Below are positions 50,435 to 62,874 of a stretch of 64,000 nt of DNA, in pieces. A program made the translations under genes and the position numbers. Below the pieces are notes generated by a model, which was not told where the DNA came from, searched no databases, and saw nothing but the letters and a program-made list of their open reading frames with translations. Origin of the DNA: Camelus dromedarius (Eukaryota); the NCBI RefSeq assembly GCF_036321535.1, contig NC_087437.1, forward strand, positions 15,316,001 through 15,380,000, in the 5' to 3' direction. Position 1 is the first letter of the stretch. Every line of letters begins with the position of its first letter.

Positions 50435-50623
50435 TAGAGTTGCCAGATTTAGCAAATAAAAATTCCTGGTGTCTAGTTAAATTTGCATTTAAAATTAATG
50501 AGTATTTTTTAGAAGAAGTGTATCCCATGTAACATTTGTGACATAATTATACTAAAAATTTTTTTTTTCTTTATCTGAAATGCAGATTCAATTCAAGGTC
50601 CTGAATTTTATCTGGCAACTCTA
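50435..50623. mobile_element. MER53 palindromic hAT MITE
   Basis: Perfect 14-bp TIRs TAGAGTTGCCAGAT / ATCTGGCAACTCTA, ~190 bp long, internal palindrome. Confidence 0.9.
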
Positions 50624-51579
50624 TACTTGGAGAAAGATTTAGGACATGGAGGTGAAAGCGGAAAGATCAGCTAGAGGTGTTGCAAGTAAGCAGGTGAGAA
50701 ATGAGGGCGGTTCAGACTGGGGAGGAGGTCGGTTGGTGGGGAGAAGTTGTTAGTTGGATTCTGGGTACATGAAGTCCCCTGTGTGGTCTCTCTCCCTCTC
50801 TCTCTCAGACCTTTAATGTAAGCTAGTTTGCTTCATTTTGCCACCAAAAATAGAGGAAAAGCGGTGGTGTTCATTGGGAGGATGTGGCTGGGGACCTATT
50901 GGCATGAGGGAAGGATGTGGGTTTTACCACAAGTTCCGCATAGTTTTAGAGAAACCACGAGAATAGAATTAGTCGCTTGAAAGTAGAAAGAAGCCAAAGT
51001 CTGATGACAGCCCTGAAAGAGCTCTGCCCCTCCCCGCTCAGGAGCATGTGATCTGCCCCCGGAGGTTTGGGGCACTTTGGCTATGACACTTCCTTTTTGG
51101 TTCCTTCCCCTTCGCTTGGTACCAGCAGGCATCTCTTGGCTGGAGGAAGAGTAAGAGAGAGCCTGTGGGGGAAAGGTGACTTGTAACTGGATCTTTCTGC
51201 TTGGATCTTTTGTTTTGAGCCAATATGCTGAGAATATCCTTAGAAGACCAGGGCAATGTCTTATAGATGGTTGGAGCTGGGGGCAGGGAAGAGAGCCCCT
51301 GTGATGTGTCCTAACATATGGGACTCACAAGCAGCTCGATGCAGATACGACCACCCCTTCTCATGGTGAGGAACTGCATAGATAGGTATGGCGACCTCCT
51401 CGGGGTCCCTCTGCAGGGCAGAAATCACTCCAGTGCTAACGAGCTGAGAATCTGACAGGAGATAAGGCAGCTGTACAGTTTTCATTCCACTGAGCGTTTA
51501 AGACCAAGTGTTTCATCAGGAGAGAACCACAGAAATATAATCATTACCAGCCGGCTTCCTGCCTTGCCTGCCTCCTGCC

Positions 51580-51945
51580 TCACTCCTTTGATTGTTCAAC
51601 ACAAGTGTACAGAGCATCTTCTACATGCCAGGGTCCATGCCAGGCCCCGGTGGTGATACACTGGTGAACAAAAACTGTGAGCTGGAGGTTTGAAGGAAGA
51701 GGATGGTTGACCAGGCCAAGGTGAAGGGTGGGGCGATGTCCCATGAAGGGAGCTTGTGAACATGTTCTGTGGCAGGAGGGAGTGTGGATAACACCAGGGG
51801 TGGAAGAAAGCTGGAGGGGAGACATACAGATGCCAGGACGCAGTGTGAGTGTCTGGCAGGTCATGGTTAAGGACTTGCATTTTTATCCCAAGAGACAGGA
51901 GATGCCATGGAAGTACTTAAGCAGGACTGTGACATTCGGAAAAGA
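51580..51945 (-). mobile_element. L2 fragment
   Basis: ttcaacacaagtgtacagagcatcttctacatgccagg…ggtcatggttaaggacttgcattttatcc. Confidence 0.65.
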
Positions 51946-52194
51946 TAAAACCCAAACGTCTGTTACTAGAGGACTAGTTAGATCAATTAGGAAACACCCA
52001 TATGGGGAATCTGTTCAAGAGAATGAAAAACAAACAAACAAACAAAAACCCCCAAACACATACAAAACCCTACTACCATGGTCATTTGGTTACGTGGGCC
52101 CATTGAGTGAGCACTGGGGTGGCTGAGAAAAGAGACTGACCTTGATAGAACATGTTTTGTTCACCTGACTCAAAAAAAAAAAAAAAAGAATAAA

Positions 52195-52285
52195 GAATGA
52201 ATGCATCATGTATGACTGAAGCACTGTACTGTACACCAGAAATTGACACAACATTGTAAACTGACTGTACTTCAATAAAAAAAAG
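52195..52285 (+). mobile_element. Short L1 tail
   Basis: gactgaagcactgtactgtacaccagaaattgacacaacattgtaaactgact…tcaataaaaaa. Confidence 0.8.
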
Positions 52286-52391
52286 AAGGAATGAATGCAA
52301 ACTAACAGCGTGACCTCTAAGAATATTGTTACATGGTACAGAACAGCATGATTGTATTCTACCATTTGTGTAAGAAATACATACATAGAAA

Positions 52392-53027
52392 CAGTTGATT
52401 CTTGTTCTTCATGGAGGTTATGTTCTATTAAGTTGCCACAAACACTGAATCAGCAGATTGTTCCCAGGGAAAACATGGGGTTAGGTTCCTGCAGACTCTG
52501 GTCAGTGTTTTCATCAACTGATCAACACATATGTAACTTACTGTATGAGAGTTTCGGTTTAAAGACATCTTACTTCATATGCATTATTAATTCATTAACA
52601 TTGAACTCATAGCCGACAGCACGTCTGAACGAAGCTCATCCAGCACGTGTATTTTCTCCACAAGGCACAACAAAGTTTTCTTGCGCACTTAGGAACCTGA
52701 GACAGCACTTCAGCACTATGATTGGAGGCCATTTTAAACAGCAAAATCTTTAGCACAAAGCATGAAAATTCAAAAAAATGTGACACTACCTAGAGTGCAC
52801 CAAGGACATGTGTTTACGGGATGAGAGCTGAAGCCGGGAGGCAGGGTGCCACCTTGTTTGACCTCATCTGGGAACGTGCTTGTTGCGAGTCTCCGATTCC
52901 TCCTTGCTCCGCACAAGTCTGTGAATGACCGTGCAAGGGCCTCGAGGGCTGATTTGGGGGTTCCCAGGAAAGCTTAGCAAGTAGATGAATTTGCAAATAC
53001 AGAACCCGTGAATGTGAACATCAGCTT
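52392..53027 (-). mobile_element. MER82 (TcMar-Tigger) fossil
   Basis: Termini cagttgattcttgttcttcatgg / gaatttgcaaatacagaacccgtgaatgtgaacatcagct; ~640 bp. Confidence 0.8.
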
Positions 53028-53059
53028 TTATTGGGTAAATAGTCTCAGACTTAGACATA

Positions 53060-53530
53060 AATTACAAAAATTAAATACTACAGGAATAGTCATCAACTCT
53101 CTACCCAGATTCACCTACCGTTAGCATTTTACCCCATTTGCTTTATCGTGTGTTCTCTCCCTCTTCCCATGTACAGACACACACGCACACACAATTTTTC
53201 TTCCTGAACCATATAAGGATAAGACACACATCATGGCCCCTTTACTCCTAAATACGTCAGTGTGTATTTCCTAAGAAAAGGATTCTCTTTCGTAACCACT
53301 GTACGCTTATCAACTTTGGTCAGTTTAACATGGATACAGCACTTTTATCTAATCAAACACTCCCTTTAATTCTGGAACATGTCTACAGCCTTTCTTTGTG
53401 TTTTATGATTTTGATGCTTTGTAACTGCCACTTAAAAAAAAAAAAAGAAACAGAACATTCTTCATTTGGGGTTTGTCTGATGTTTCCTCACAGTTAGATG
53501 CAGATTAGGCCCCAGAATGCTGCATAGGTG
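53060..53530 (-). mobile_element. L1MC-like 3' fragment
   Basis: acccagattcacc…ttttaccccatttgctttatc…tttactcctaaatacgtcagtgtgtatttcctaag. Confidence 0.7.
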
Positions 53531-54549
53531 GTGACGTACAATGTACCTGCCCTAAAACACGTGAAATGTCTGTGGAAGGAAGCTGAAGAAACTGGTGACA
53601 GGGATTGCCTTTGGAGAAGACAACTGAGAGTCAGGAGGAGAGAAGGGGGAAGGAGAATGACTTTTCACTGTGTCCTCATATAACTTTTGAATTGTATGCT
53701 AGGTATATGGAGAACCTATTCACAAACTAAATTTTTACAAAAATTCTATAAGGTTGGTGGATCTGGTATGATCATCCCATTTTCCATGTGGAGAAACAGG
53801 CTCAAAGAGGGCAAGCGAGCGGCAGGAAGGCCTCCACTTGGGGCTTGTGGCCGATGGCAAGGCCCACACCAGCTGTCACTTGAACTGCTCCTCCGACACT
53901 CGGTGTGTGCAGGTCGCCATGAGGGCCCAGCGGGGACGGTGAGGGCCAGTAGGCAGGGAGGCTTCCTGGGGGTGGAGGTAGACACCTGAGCTGAGTGTAG
54001 AAAGGCGAGAAGTTAGCCAGGTGACCAGGTTATAGGACTAGGGGGCAGTGTGAGGGAAGAGCAGCAGGAAGGAGTGATTTCAGCTAGGAAGTGCCTTGGA
54101 TCCAGGGTGGTTGGCTTGCAAAAGCGCGTGCGCCATTTGCCATTGGGATCTGCACAGATTAAGATCTTCCCTGGCAGTCCCACCCTGCTGTGTGAGGTGG
54201 GGGGAGCCTGGGCTTGCCTTCCAACAAACACTGCACCTGGCTCTCCACTTCCAAGTCTCCTCTCAGTCTGACTATTCAGTCTGTTTGGAGTTGAACTCCC
54301 TCGTGTGGCTGTTTTCCATAGTCTCTTGGAAAACTCAGTCCTTCTGAGCTCTGTGTCTCTCCCTTTCCCTCGAGATGCCATCTGGGTATCTGGGTAAGTA
54401 AGTGCCCTTACTATATCCGCTGAAGATCGGGGTGAGAGGCCTCAATATACCAGGTCCTCTGCACCTCTCCTACTCTCTTTGAAGAGAGAGGCATCAGTTA
54501 ACATAAGACTTGAAACTGGGGCCATATGACACCTGGGGTAACGTGCCTC

Positions 54550-55890
54550 CAGGACCAGCTACATAATTTGCAGGATCCAGTGCCCCCTTGTTCACAAAGA
54601 AGGAAAAAAGTACTACCACAGTTACTAAAATCTGCAGTCTCTCTCTTGATTCAACACAGTGTTTTTTTATTTGCTTGAATGCTATCTTTAAGTAAAGAAA
54701 AATTAAAAATTTACACTGTTGCTATGAATTTTACCACCCATCTTTAAATTCTGCAATGCCAGTTTTAAATTTAAAAAAACTTCAGAGCATTTAACATATG
54801 TAAAATCACAGAAACTATGCAATTTATATTTCACTGATCATGCATACGTTTGTGTTTCACTCCTACCAAACAGTGGAAACGCTGCATAAAACTGTTTTGA
54901 TTTTACTTCTTCATATGCTTACCTTGTACCAACCAACATTCTCTACCTTCACCCTGCTGCTGAGCAAGGAGGACTGCACATCAGAGGAACTCTGGCTTGC
55001 CCAGGGTTGTTATCTGTCATCATTTTCAGAGTGAGTGAGTCACTAATACAGGGCAGTAATCCAAGTGAGAAAGGATATGGTGGGGTTCCTTGGTTATTTG
55101 TGCTTCTTAAAATGCCACCGTTTTGTTTCTGCATTTGAAGCAAGTTCTGGTTCCAACGGAAAGCGTGGCCTCTCAGGGCCGTCATCTCCCACTTAGTCAT
55201 GGACATGACACGCTTTCCTGTCCTCGCTTTGAGTCTTGGTAGAAGCCCATACGTTGTGAGTTCACTGGAGTTCTGTGCTCCTGGCACCTGTGCAAATGGA
55301 AGGCATGCATATCCCATACCCCCACTGTCCTGCTGGACTGCATGTACAGAGCACAGGTTCAAAGATCGAATTAATGATAAGTTCCAAATAGGAATAAGTG
55401 GGAGGGCATAGCTCAGTGGTAGAGGTGTGCTTAGCATGCACGAGGTCCTGGGTTCAATTTCCTGTCCCTCCATTAATAAAAACTAAATAAATAAATAAGT
55501 AAAAACCTAATTACCCTCCCCCCACCCCCAAACCAAACAAATAGGAATCCGTGCGTTAAATCAACATTTGCATGGAAGTTGCATGGAAGCCCTTCTGGGT
55601 GCAGATCGGGAATACAAGGTAAGCCTCAGGGCCGGCTTCACCCACGCTGCGTGACAAGGGCTGCAGCGACCGATGACACGCACACACATTGCACGGACCT
55701 CCTCTGCTCATGGACGTGGTCTGTTGTCCCATCGGAGTTTGTGTGTGTGTGATTTACAAAACACAAGTTGAAGGATAACGTTATTAAGAATTTCAAGACG
55801 GTGACAATCCACCATGAAACGGTGCGTGGGCCCTTCTGCGCGCGGGGCCCTCTGTAACTAACTACACAGGTCGCGCGCCCACGAAGCCGA
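54550..55890 (-). mobile_element. MER45B-like hAT-Tip100 fossil (with nested SINE)
   Basis: Left end caggaccagctacataatttgcagg; right end gggcccttctgcgcgcggggccc…acaggtcgcgcgcccacgaagccg resembles the reverse MER45 terminus. Confidence 0.7.
55398..55537 (+). mobile_element. tRNA-Ala-derived SINE (Vic-1-like)
   Basis: TSD CAAATAGGAAT at 55385-55395 / 55538-55548. Confidence 0.9.
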
Positions 55891-56156
55891 GGGGGCGGAG
55901 GGCCGCCCCCTTCCGCTCTCCGCCTCCTGCCTGCTGGATGTCGGGGGCATAACACGCAGCCTCAGCAGCCACCACGGACCGTGTGGACGAGGGCCACGCC
56001 TAGGAATGCCGGAGAGGGACCAGGAAAGCTCAGAGGGACCAGGGTCTCTCACATTTTACCAGCCTGGAGAGCCAGCCTCCAGGCTTTTACATGAAAGAAT
56101 AAATCTGCGTGTGTGTTCCAAGTCACCATTACATTGTGTTTTTAAAAAAAGATTGG

Positions 56157-56300
56157 TAGGGGTATAGCTCAGTGGTAGAGCCTGTGCTTAGCATGTGTGA
56201 GGTCCTAGGTTGAATCCCCAGTACCTCCATTAAAAAAAAAAAATACACACACACACATATATAATATAAATATGTATACTAAAAAGAAACTTCCAACAAC
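56157..56300 (+). mobile_element. tRNA-Ala-derived SINE (Vic-1-like)
   Basis: SINE body, poly(A)/(CA)n tail; AAAAAAAGATTG on both flanks. Confidence 0.88.
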
Positions 56301-56549
56301 AAAAAAAGATTGACTAACTCAACATACATTTTACCCTTGATAACAGATTTGATATAACAACTTCAGTTGAGGGAAGAAGCAAAACTGACTCATTTCTACA
56401 AGCCTTAGAAATAGGAATAATGTTGTAAAAAGGAACCCATTATCTGTCTATAAATTTAAACGATGTACTTCATTGGTCTGTATGATTGGAATATGTATGG
56501 AAATTAATAAACTGTGTAAGTTTAAAAAATGTGTTTTTAAGCTACTATA

Positions 56550-56695
56550 GGGGGAGGGTGTAGCTCAGTAGTAGAGCGCATGCCTAGCATGCACGAGGTC
56601 CTGGGTTCAGTCCCCAGTACCTCCATTAAATAATTAAATAAACCTCCCTCTCACCAAAAAAAAAAAAAAAAAAAATCTGTCATCATACAGATACA
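56550..56695 (+). mobile_element. tRNA-Ala-derived SINE (Vic-1-like)
   Basis: Perfect TSD TAAGCTACTATA at 56538-56549 / 56696-56707. Confidence 0.92.
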
Positions 56696-56922
56696 TAAGC
56701 TACTATAAACCAAACCTAATCCTACCCGATGTAGCACCTTTGTGTCCCTTTTCCTGGGACACAGGTACTTCTGGATCCCCTGCCAGCCACTTGGAGGCCA
56801 CAGGGAACCAGAGGTGGGCTCTTTAGCTCAAATATCCAGCTTCCCAGCTCCCTCCAACTGTGAGCATGGAGCTAATCTCTGGGCCATATCTGAAGTGCTT
56901 TCCTATGGGGTTTAGCTTCTAC

Positions 56923-57108
56923 CAGGGATTGGCAAACTATGGCCCATGGGCTGGCCACCTGTCTTGTAAATGGAAGTTTTATGGGAACACAGCCACACAG
57001 GATCATTTAGGTATTGTCTATGGAGGCTTTTGAGCTATGATGGCAGAGTAGAATACTTTGCACTAGTTCTATTTATCTGACCCTTTAAGGAAAAGTTTGC
57101 CAAGTCCT
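56923..57108 (+). mobile_element. MER58A-like hAT-Charlie MITE
   Basis: cagggattggcaaactatggccc … aaaagtttgccaagtcct termini. Confidence 0.82.
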
Positions 57109-57239
57109 ATCTTAGAAGACTTCACTAAGAATGGCGCCAGTCCCCCCTGACCCATCTAAGCCTGTGGGCTTCACCACTGCTTCCACCATCATCTTACTTT
57201 TTTTCCTTCCAATCCTCAGGCCAGAAGGGTCAGGCTTTC

Positions 57240-57425
57240 CCTCAGGTATGCTCATAAAGATTTAACAACAGGCTCTCTGGGAGGGAAAAAAAGCCCTTAC
57301 GTGTAGAGTTTGCTCATATCTGTGGTGTAAATATCCACCCTGTGGCTGATTTCGAACTAGAGTTAGGAGGAGATGAAGATAATCATCTCTAAGGAGCCAT
57401 CAGAGACGCGTCCAGTACAGCACTG
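57240..57425. mobile_element. MER63-like hAT fossil
   Basis: gatttaacaacaggctctc…tgtggtgtaaatat…ccagtacagcactg. Confidence 0.55.
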
Positions 57426-58343
57426 GAGCCACTTCCTTTACATCTCGTCTGGGCTCTTCCACCAATTTTGTGTTTAATAGAACCCTAGACTCTAATCAGC
57501 CAGGCCTGGCTTTGATATACTAATTGCAGCTAAAGGAATTTCGAGAATTTAGTTCCCTGGCTTTCGGCAAAGTAAAATTTCCCTTTTACCATGTCAAGGT
57601 TTTTTGTGTTTACATTCTGTTTTGTTCATTTCAATACATGTTTTGTCTACAGATTGAGTCTAATATATTAAACCCCACAAAAATAATATTATTATAACAT
57701 GTGATTCCAATGTTACAATTGTGTAAATATTATTTGCTGCAGAATCAAGTCATATGACCAGAACTCTCAAGAAAAAAAAACAACCTTCAATTACTAAACA
57801 TCTGTGGGCCAAAGGAGAATGTTCCAGGCCTCCAAGTCCATTTTTCTCTATGTTTATATTTCTAACATTCAGCTTCTATTTTTTAAGAAATCTCACTTAC
57901 TGTTTTTTGAATTGTTTTACTTTAGTGTCACATCTTCATAGGCAATGCATGAATGTTAAATTTTCTGACTCCCTGAATTTCAGAAAAATGTCCTTGTTTT
58001 GTCTTCATTTGAGGGGGTAAAATGGCTGGCTACAGCATTCCAGATTCAAGGTAATTCTCCTTCAAAATTGGATGCAAAATCTGAAGTCAGGCTGAATCTT
58101 GTTTCTTCATATGTAACCTATTTTTTTTCTTTCTGGAAGTTTACATGATTTTGCTGGAATTTACCCAACTGCATTTAAACATGGTGTTTCTTTGGTCATC
58201 CTCTTTGGCCCTCAGATGGATACTTAAAAAAAACACAAAACCAAAACAAGACATTTATTTGGTTTAATACCAAAATGTATTATGAGGAAAACAAAGATGG
58301 CAACAATAGTGCCACAGAGATAATTCCAGTTAACATTTTTAAA

Positions 58344-58879
58344 AAATTGAAATATAATCAGTTTATAATGTGTCAATTTCTGGTATACAACATAATGTTT
58401 CAGTCATACATATATATACATATATTCCTTTTCTTATTATTTTTCATTCTAGGTTATTATAAGATATTGAATATAGTTCCCTGTTCTATACAGAAGAAAC
58501 TTGCTTATTTCATATATATTAGTCAGTATCTGCAAATCTTGAACTCCCAATTTACCCCTTCCCACCCACTTCCCCCCATAACCATAAGTTTGTTTCCTAT
58601 GTCTGTGAGTCCACTTCTGTTTTGTAGATGAGTTCATTAGTGTTTTCTTTTTTCCTTTTTTAGATTCCATGTATAAGTGTTATCATATGGTATTTTTCTT
58701 TCTCTTTCTGCCTTACTTCACTAAGAATGATCATCTCCAGGTCCATCCATGTTGCAGCAAGTGACATTATTTTATTCTTTTTTTTATGACTGAGTTGTAT
58801 TCCATTGTATAAATATACCACAGCTTCTTTATCCAGCCATCTGTCAATGGACGTTTAGGTTGTTTCCACGTCTTGGCTA
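58344..58879 (-). mobile_element. Lineage L1 3' end
   Basis: TSD TCCAGTT(AA/GC)CATTTTTAAA at 58325-58343 / 58880-58898. Confidence 0.9.
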
Positions 58880-59140
58880 TCCAGTTGCCATTTTTAAAGC
58901 ATAAAACAACACAATATCATGCAAAGAGGGGAACAGTTCTGTACTGTATAAAAACAAAATGTACAGCTCTCCTCAGACCTCACCTGCAGTCCCTCCCCAC
59001 TTCTTCATTGGTTCATTGGGTATCCATCCTTTAGGGGAAAGATGTTTCTACTGGCAAACAGAATTCACGTTTTAAACGTACACACCACACAGAGTTCGCA
59101 CAGTCAGCTTTCCCTCACTCCACTCCATCAGGGATCTAAC

Positions 59141-59602
59141 TGTAGTAGGGAGGAACAAATCCGACTCCATATTGGATCTGCTTCTTTTACCTTAACCTTT
59201 ATATTCTATTGCTTTTACTACAAATTAAGAATGTTGCCTATAGCCTCAAGTACACAGACAGCCCATTCTCAAGGCTCTGACCTTTGAAGATATAACACTT
59301 TTCCATTCATAGATAAAAAGCTGTAGAACAGAGGATAACATTTGTCTTGGAGGTTTACAGGAACATCATGACCTGACCTATGTGGACAGCTGCAAGAACA
59401 AAGGACTCTGACACCAAGAGGTTTGCAACAACCATTACCCCGCCTCCCCGTTTAGTATAAAAGAAGCTTGAATTCTAACTTGGGGAAGGCTAGTCCACCA
59501 TCTTCTCGCTCTGCTGGCTTTCCAAGTAAAGTTGCTATTCCTTGCTCCAACACCTGGTATCTCAATGCACTGGCCTGTCTGTTGAGCTTGGACTTGGTAA
59601 CA
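59141..59602 (+). mobile_element. ERV1-class solo LTR A
   Basis: TGTAGT…GGTAACA, TATAAAAG ~59456, AGTAAA ~59525, TSD TAAC (59137-59140 / 59603-59606). Confidence 0.88.
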
Positions 59603-59609
59603 TAACCAG

Positions 59610-60066
59610 TGTAACGAAGCAGGACTCTACGGGGCCTTCCTGGGACAGACCCCCCCTCCCATATCCTCTGCTGTAGCTCCTTTCTGAACTACCTAGATTA
59701 TAGTATCTCATGCATATTTCTTGAGTTTTTCAGATGCTAAAACCACCACCAAATGGAAGAAATTAACCACTTGATGACCATATAGTCCCCAGACCTGCTG
59801 GCCTCTAAGGAGTTATGTTACCTCAACATCAACCAATCAGAGAATTGTGCACAAGCTGACCACATACCCTGCAACCATCCCTCCCTCACCTGGCCTTTAA
59901 AAATGCTTTGCTGAAACGCTTCAGGGAGCTCAAGGGTTTTTTTGGGCTTGGGATACGTGTCTTCCTTGCTTGGCTCTGCAATAAATGTTTCTCTGCTCCA
60001 AACTCTGACGTTTCAGTATGTTTGACCTCACTGTGCATTGGACACGTGCACTTGTGTTTGGTAACA
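59610..60066 (+). mobile_element. ERV1-class solo LTR B (different subfamily)
   Basis: TGTAAC…GGTAACA, CCAAT ~59833, TTTAAAAA ~59896, AATAAA ~59980, TSD CCAG (59606-59609 / 60067-60070). Confidence 0.88.
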
Positions 60067-60302
60067 CCAGTACCTTGCTGATGGACATTTAGATCATTTC
60101 AAGTTTTAGGTCTCTACAAACAATACTGCAGTAAACATCTCTGAAAGATTATAGATATCCTGACATATTTTAATGACTATATGCAAAGGATAAATTCCTA
60201 ATATTGCTAGATTAATGAGTTAGGACACTTTATATTTCGATCATATTTTGCCAGTATGCCCTGCAAAAGTTTGCACATTTCATTCTTAATAATAAGTTAT
60301 CA

Positions 60303-60472
60303 GGGGAGGGTGTAGCTCAGTGGTAGACTGCATACTTAACATGCACAAGGTCCTGGATTCAATCACTGGTACCTCCATTAAAGATAAATAAATTAAAAAA
60401 CCTAATTACCTCTCCCCTCCAAAAGTAAAATCAATACAAATCTAAAAAAATTAGAAAAGGTATGTTTAAAAA
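60303..60472 (+). mobile_element. tRNA-Ala-derived SINE (Vic-1-like)
   Basis: TSD AATAATA(A/G)GT(T/A)ATCAG at ~60288-60303 / 60473-60488. Confidence 0.88.
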
Positions 60473-62852
60473 AATAATAGGTAATCAGAGTGTTTCATTC
60501 CCCACTAACTTATTAAAGTAGTTATTTTCAAGGTTTCTAAGTAACGCCAATCTGGATAGGCAAAAACATTGGTGCTTTCATGTGTGTTTCTTTAGCAGAA
60601 CTTACAGCTTTATTGTTTCCTGTGTTTATTGGCTGTCTGAATTTTCTTTTCCTGACTCCTCGTTTATGTTCTTGGCCTCAGTGGATCTTTTTTTTTTAGA
60701 TGACCTGTCTTTCTTTGCCTCAGGAAAAAGTCCTTTGTTTCTGTCTCCAGTTGTCTCCTCACCTCTGTGTTCTCTGCCTTTTCCCTGCATCCAGACATCT
60801 ACGTTTGTCCTTGTGTAATTCTGTTTACTTTTATTAATTTTATTGATGCACAGTTGATTTACAATGTCCCATTAGTTTCAGGTGTACAGCAAAGTGATTC
60901 AGATATATATAGTCATTTTATTTTTGTCTCACATTTTCCAACTGTTGGTCTTTTCATTCTCCCTTAAAGAAAATATTTTTCAACATTATCTCTCCAATAT
61001 TCATCTTGCTTTTAAAAAAAATGTAGAAATAGAAATACTGCTAATCCAGTTTGTCGATACCACCGTCCTGCACTTTTAAGCTTTATTTTTCTGATATGTA
61101 CGTCTGTATTTCTCAACTCCAGATGTCACCTTTGGACTTCCTGTTCCGGGAGATGAAGATTTGGGCTAACCCCCCCTCCACGCCCCCCACTGCTAGTCTC
61201 CATCCTGTTCCAGTAGTTATGCCCCAGCTTTTTGTTAAAGTATTAGTTACTTTTGAAGGTAAATATGTGAGTGTAGTTCATGGCCAAGTTAAAGAGTTTA
61301 TTATGGTTACGTTTCCTTTGTTTTTTCCCCTGGAGTGAATAATTACCTTTTAAAAAAATTTGTTTTTGCTTTAGTTTTACATGTACCTTTAACTAAAGCC
61401 TCTAAACTCTCCAAAAGGAATTGGAAAAGACTTGTGAGTGTGGAAGAGCCTTCCTTCCTTTGTTTCTCTGCTTCTTGAGGTTTGAGGACAGAGCCAAGAA
61501 AGACAGGATCAGAGTGTCAGGGAGAGACAGGAGGCAGGAGAGGCCGGGGCCTGGAAAGGGGAAGACAGATCCTCAGCGGCCCCAGAACCTGCTTCAGGAG
61601 TCCAGTGTCTAAGCTCAGAATGTCTCTACAGAAAGTCTTTCTGATGGTGGGTGTTCCCCAGCCCATGCCCCACCCCAGCCCATCGACAAGCTGATCAGCT
61701 GTATTGGACCTTTGCAGGAGGTTATCAACCTGTAGCAGTGTCACTATTCAAATTGGCACTGACATGTTAGCGTTGATCTTGAATGGCGTGCTGGGTGGGG
61801 GGGTATGTGGTGAGTCTGCTTGTTGGAGGCAGAAGCAGACCAAAGGCAAGCCCTCAAGGTCTCCAGCCTGGCCAATGGGGTGAGATGAGTGGCAGAGAGA
61901 GTCCAATTTAAGAGGAGGGGAAACTTCCCCTTGGGCAGGAACCCCTTCCGGATCTCAGCATCCTTCCTTCCAGACCCTTGCTTTTGTTAACCCTGCCCAG
62001 CATCTAGCAGGTGTTGAAGAAATAATATGAGCTTAGGCTGCCTCTCAAGGCTGCTGGATAGATCCCACGCAAGTCAGAGGTTTGTGACTTAGGGACAGGA
62101 TGGGGAGAACAGCACTATGTATTTTGATATAATTTAATGTCATGAGTTGTGGAAGGACCGAGAGATCCAGAAGGGCCCATCAGGGCTTGGCAGACCTTGA
62201 AAACCTCTTTTGGGACACCAGCCCCTCCATCAGTAAACCCTTCTGCAGGTGGTGAGGTGAAAGCTGGGGAGCTCTCAAGTTGCTAGTTTTTAACAGAATC
62301 AAATTTTAGTTGAATGAAGCCCCTGAGATGGGGTAGTGGGTATTGAGAGACTGTACCTCAGACTTTTTCCTGGCTTTGTCTGGACTGCATGGCCCCCGGA
62401 ACTCTCCAAAGAGCCGGGTGGTGATGCACTCCTGGCAGGCCACCTGAGCAAAGGAATTCTTACTCTGCCTGGGCCTGGCTTTGTGCACGTCCCAGGATTC
62501 CGTCCTGGTGGCTGCAGGGAATACAATTGTTAGTCCCCAGACCACCCATCTAAGCTGTACCCCCCGCCATCTCCACTGGGTCAGGACCAGCTCTGTTGTT
62601 TAGCCCTGATCTCTGTTTGAAAGTGCCTTGTGATAGGTGTTTGTTCCATTTTGCTAATCTTGCCCAGCACATAGCAGGTGACCAGTAAGTGATTGTTGTG
62701 TGACTCAATAACTCCCATCCTCTCTCAGAGTTGAGCTCTGCAGTATGATTAAAGGAACAGGAATGGCTTTCCCTTTGTCAGCACTGCTCCCCTCTGAGAG
62801 GTGCACTGAGCATCTTCCAGAGCTCTCTGCCTTTCTGCTGGGACTGTGCTGT

Positions 62853-62874
62853 ACACACACACACACACACACAC
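62853..62874. repeat. (CA)n microsatellite
   Basis: Direct inspection. Confidence 0.9.

Larger units (their letters stand above)
49830..50770 (-). mobile_element. L2 fragment hosting a SINE and a MER53
   Basis: ctcaacaaatatttactgagtgtctactgtgtgcca…gcaggtgagaaatgagggcgg. Confidence 0.75.

Noticed and set aside
59141..60066. A single provirus with two LTRs and deleted internal region
   Set aside because: The LTRs differ in sequence, each has its own TSD, and there is no PBS or PPT between them.
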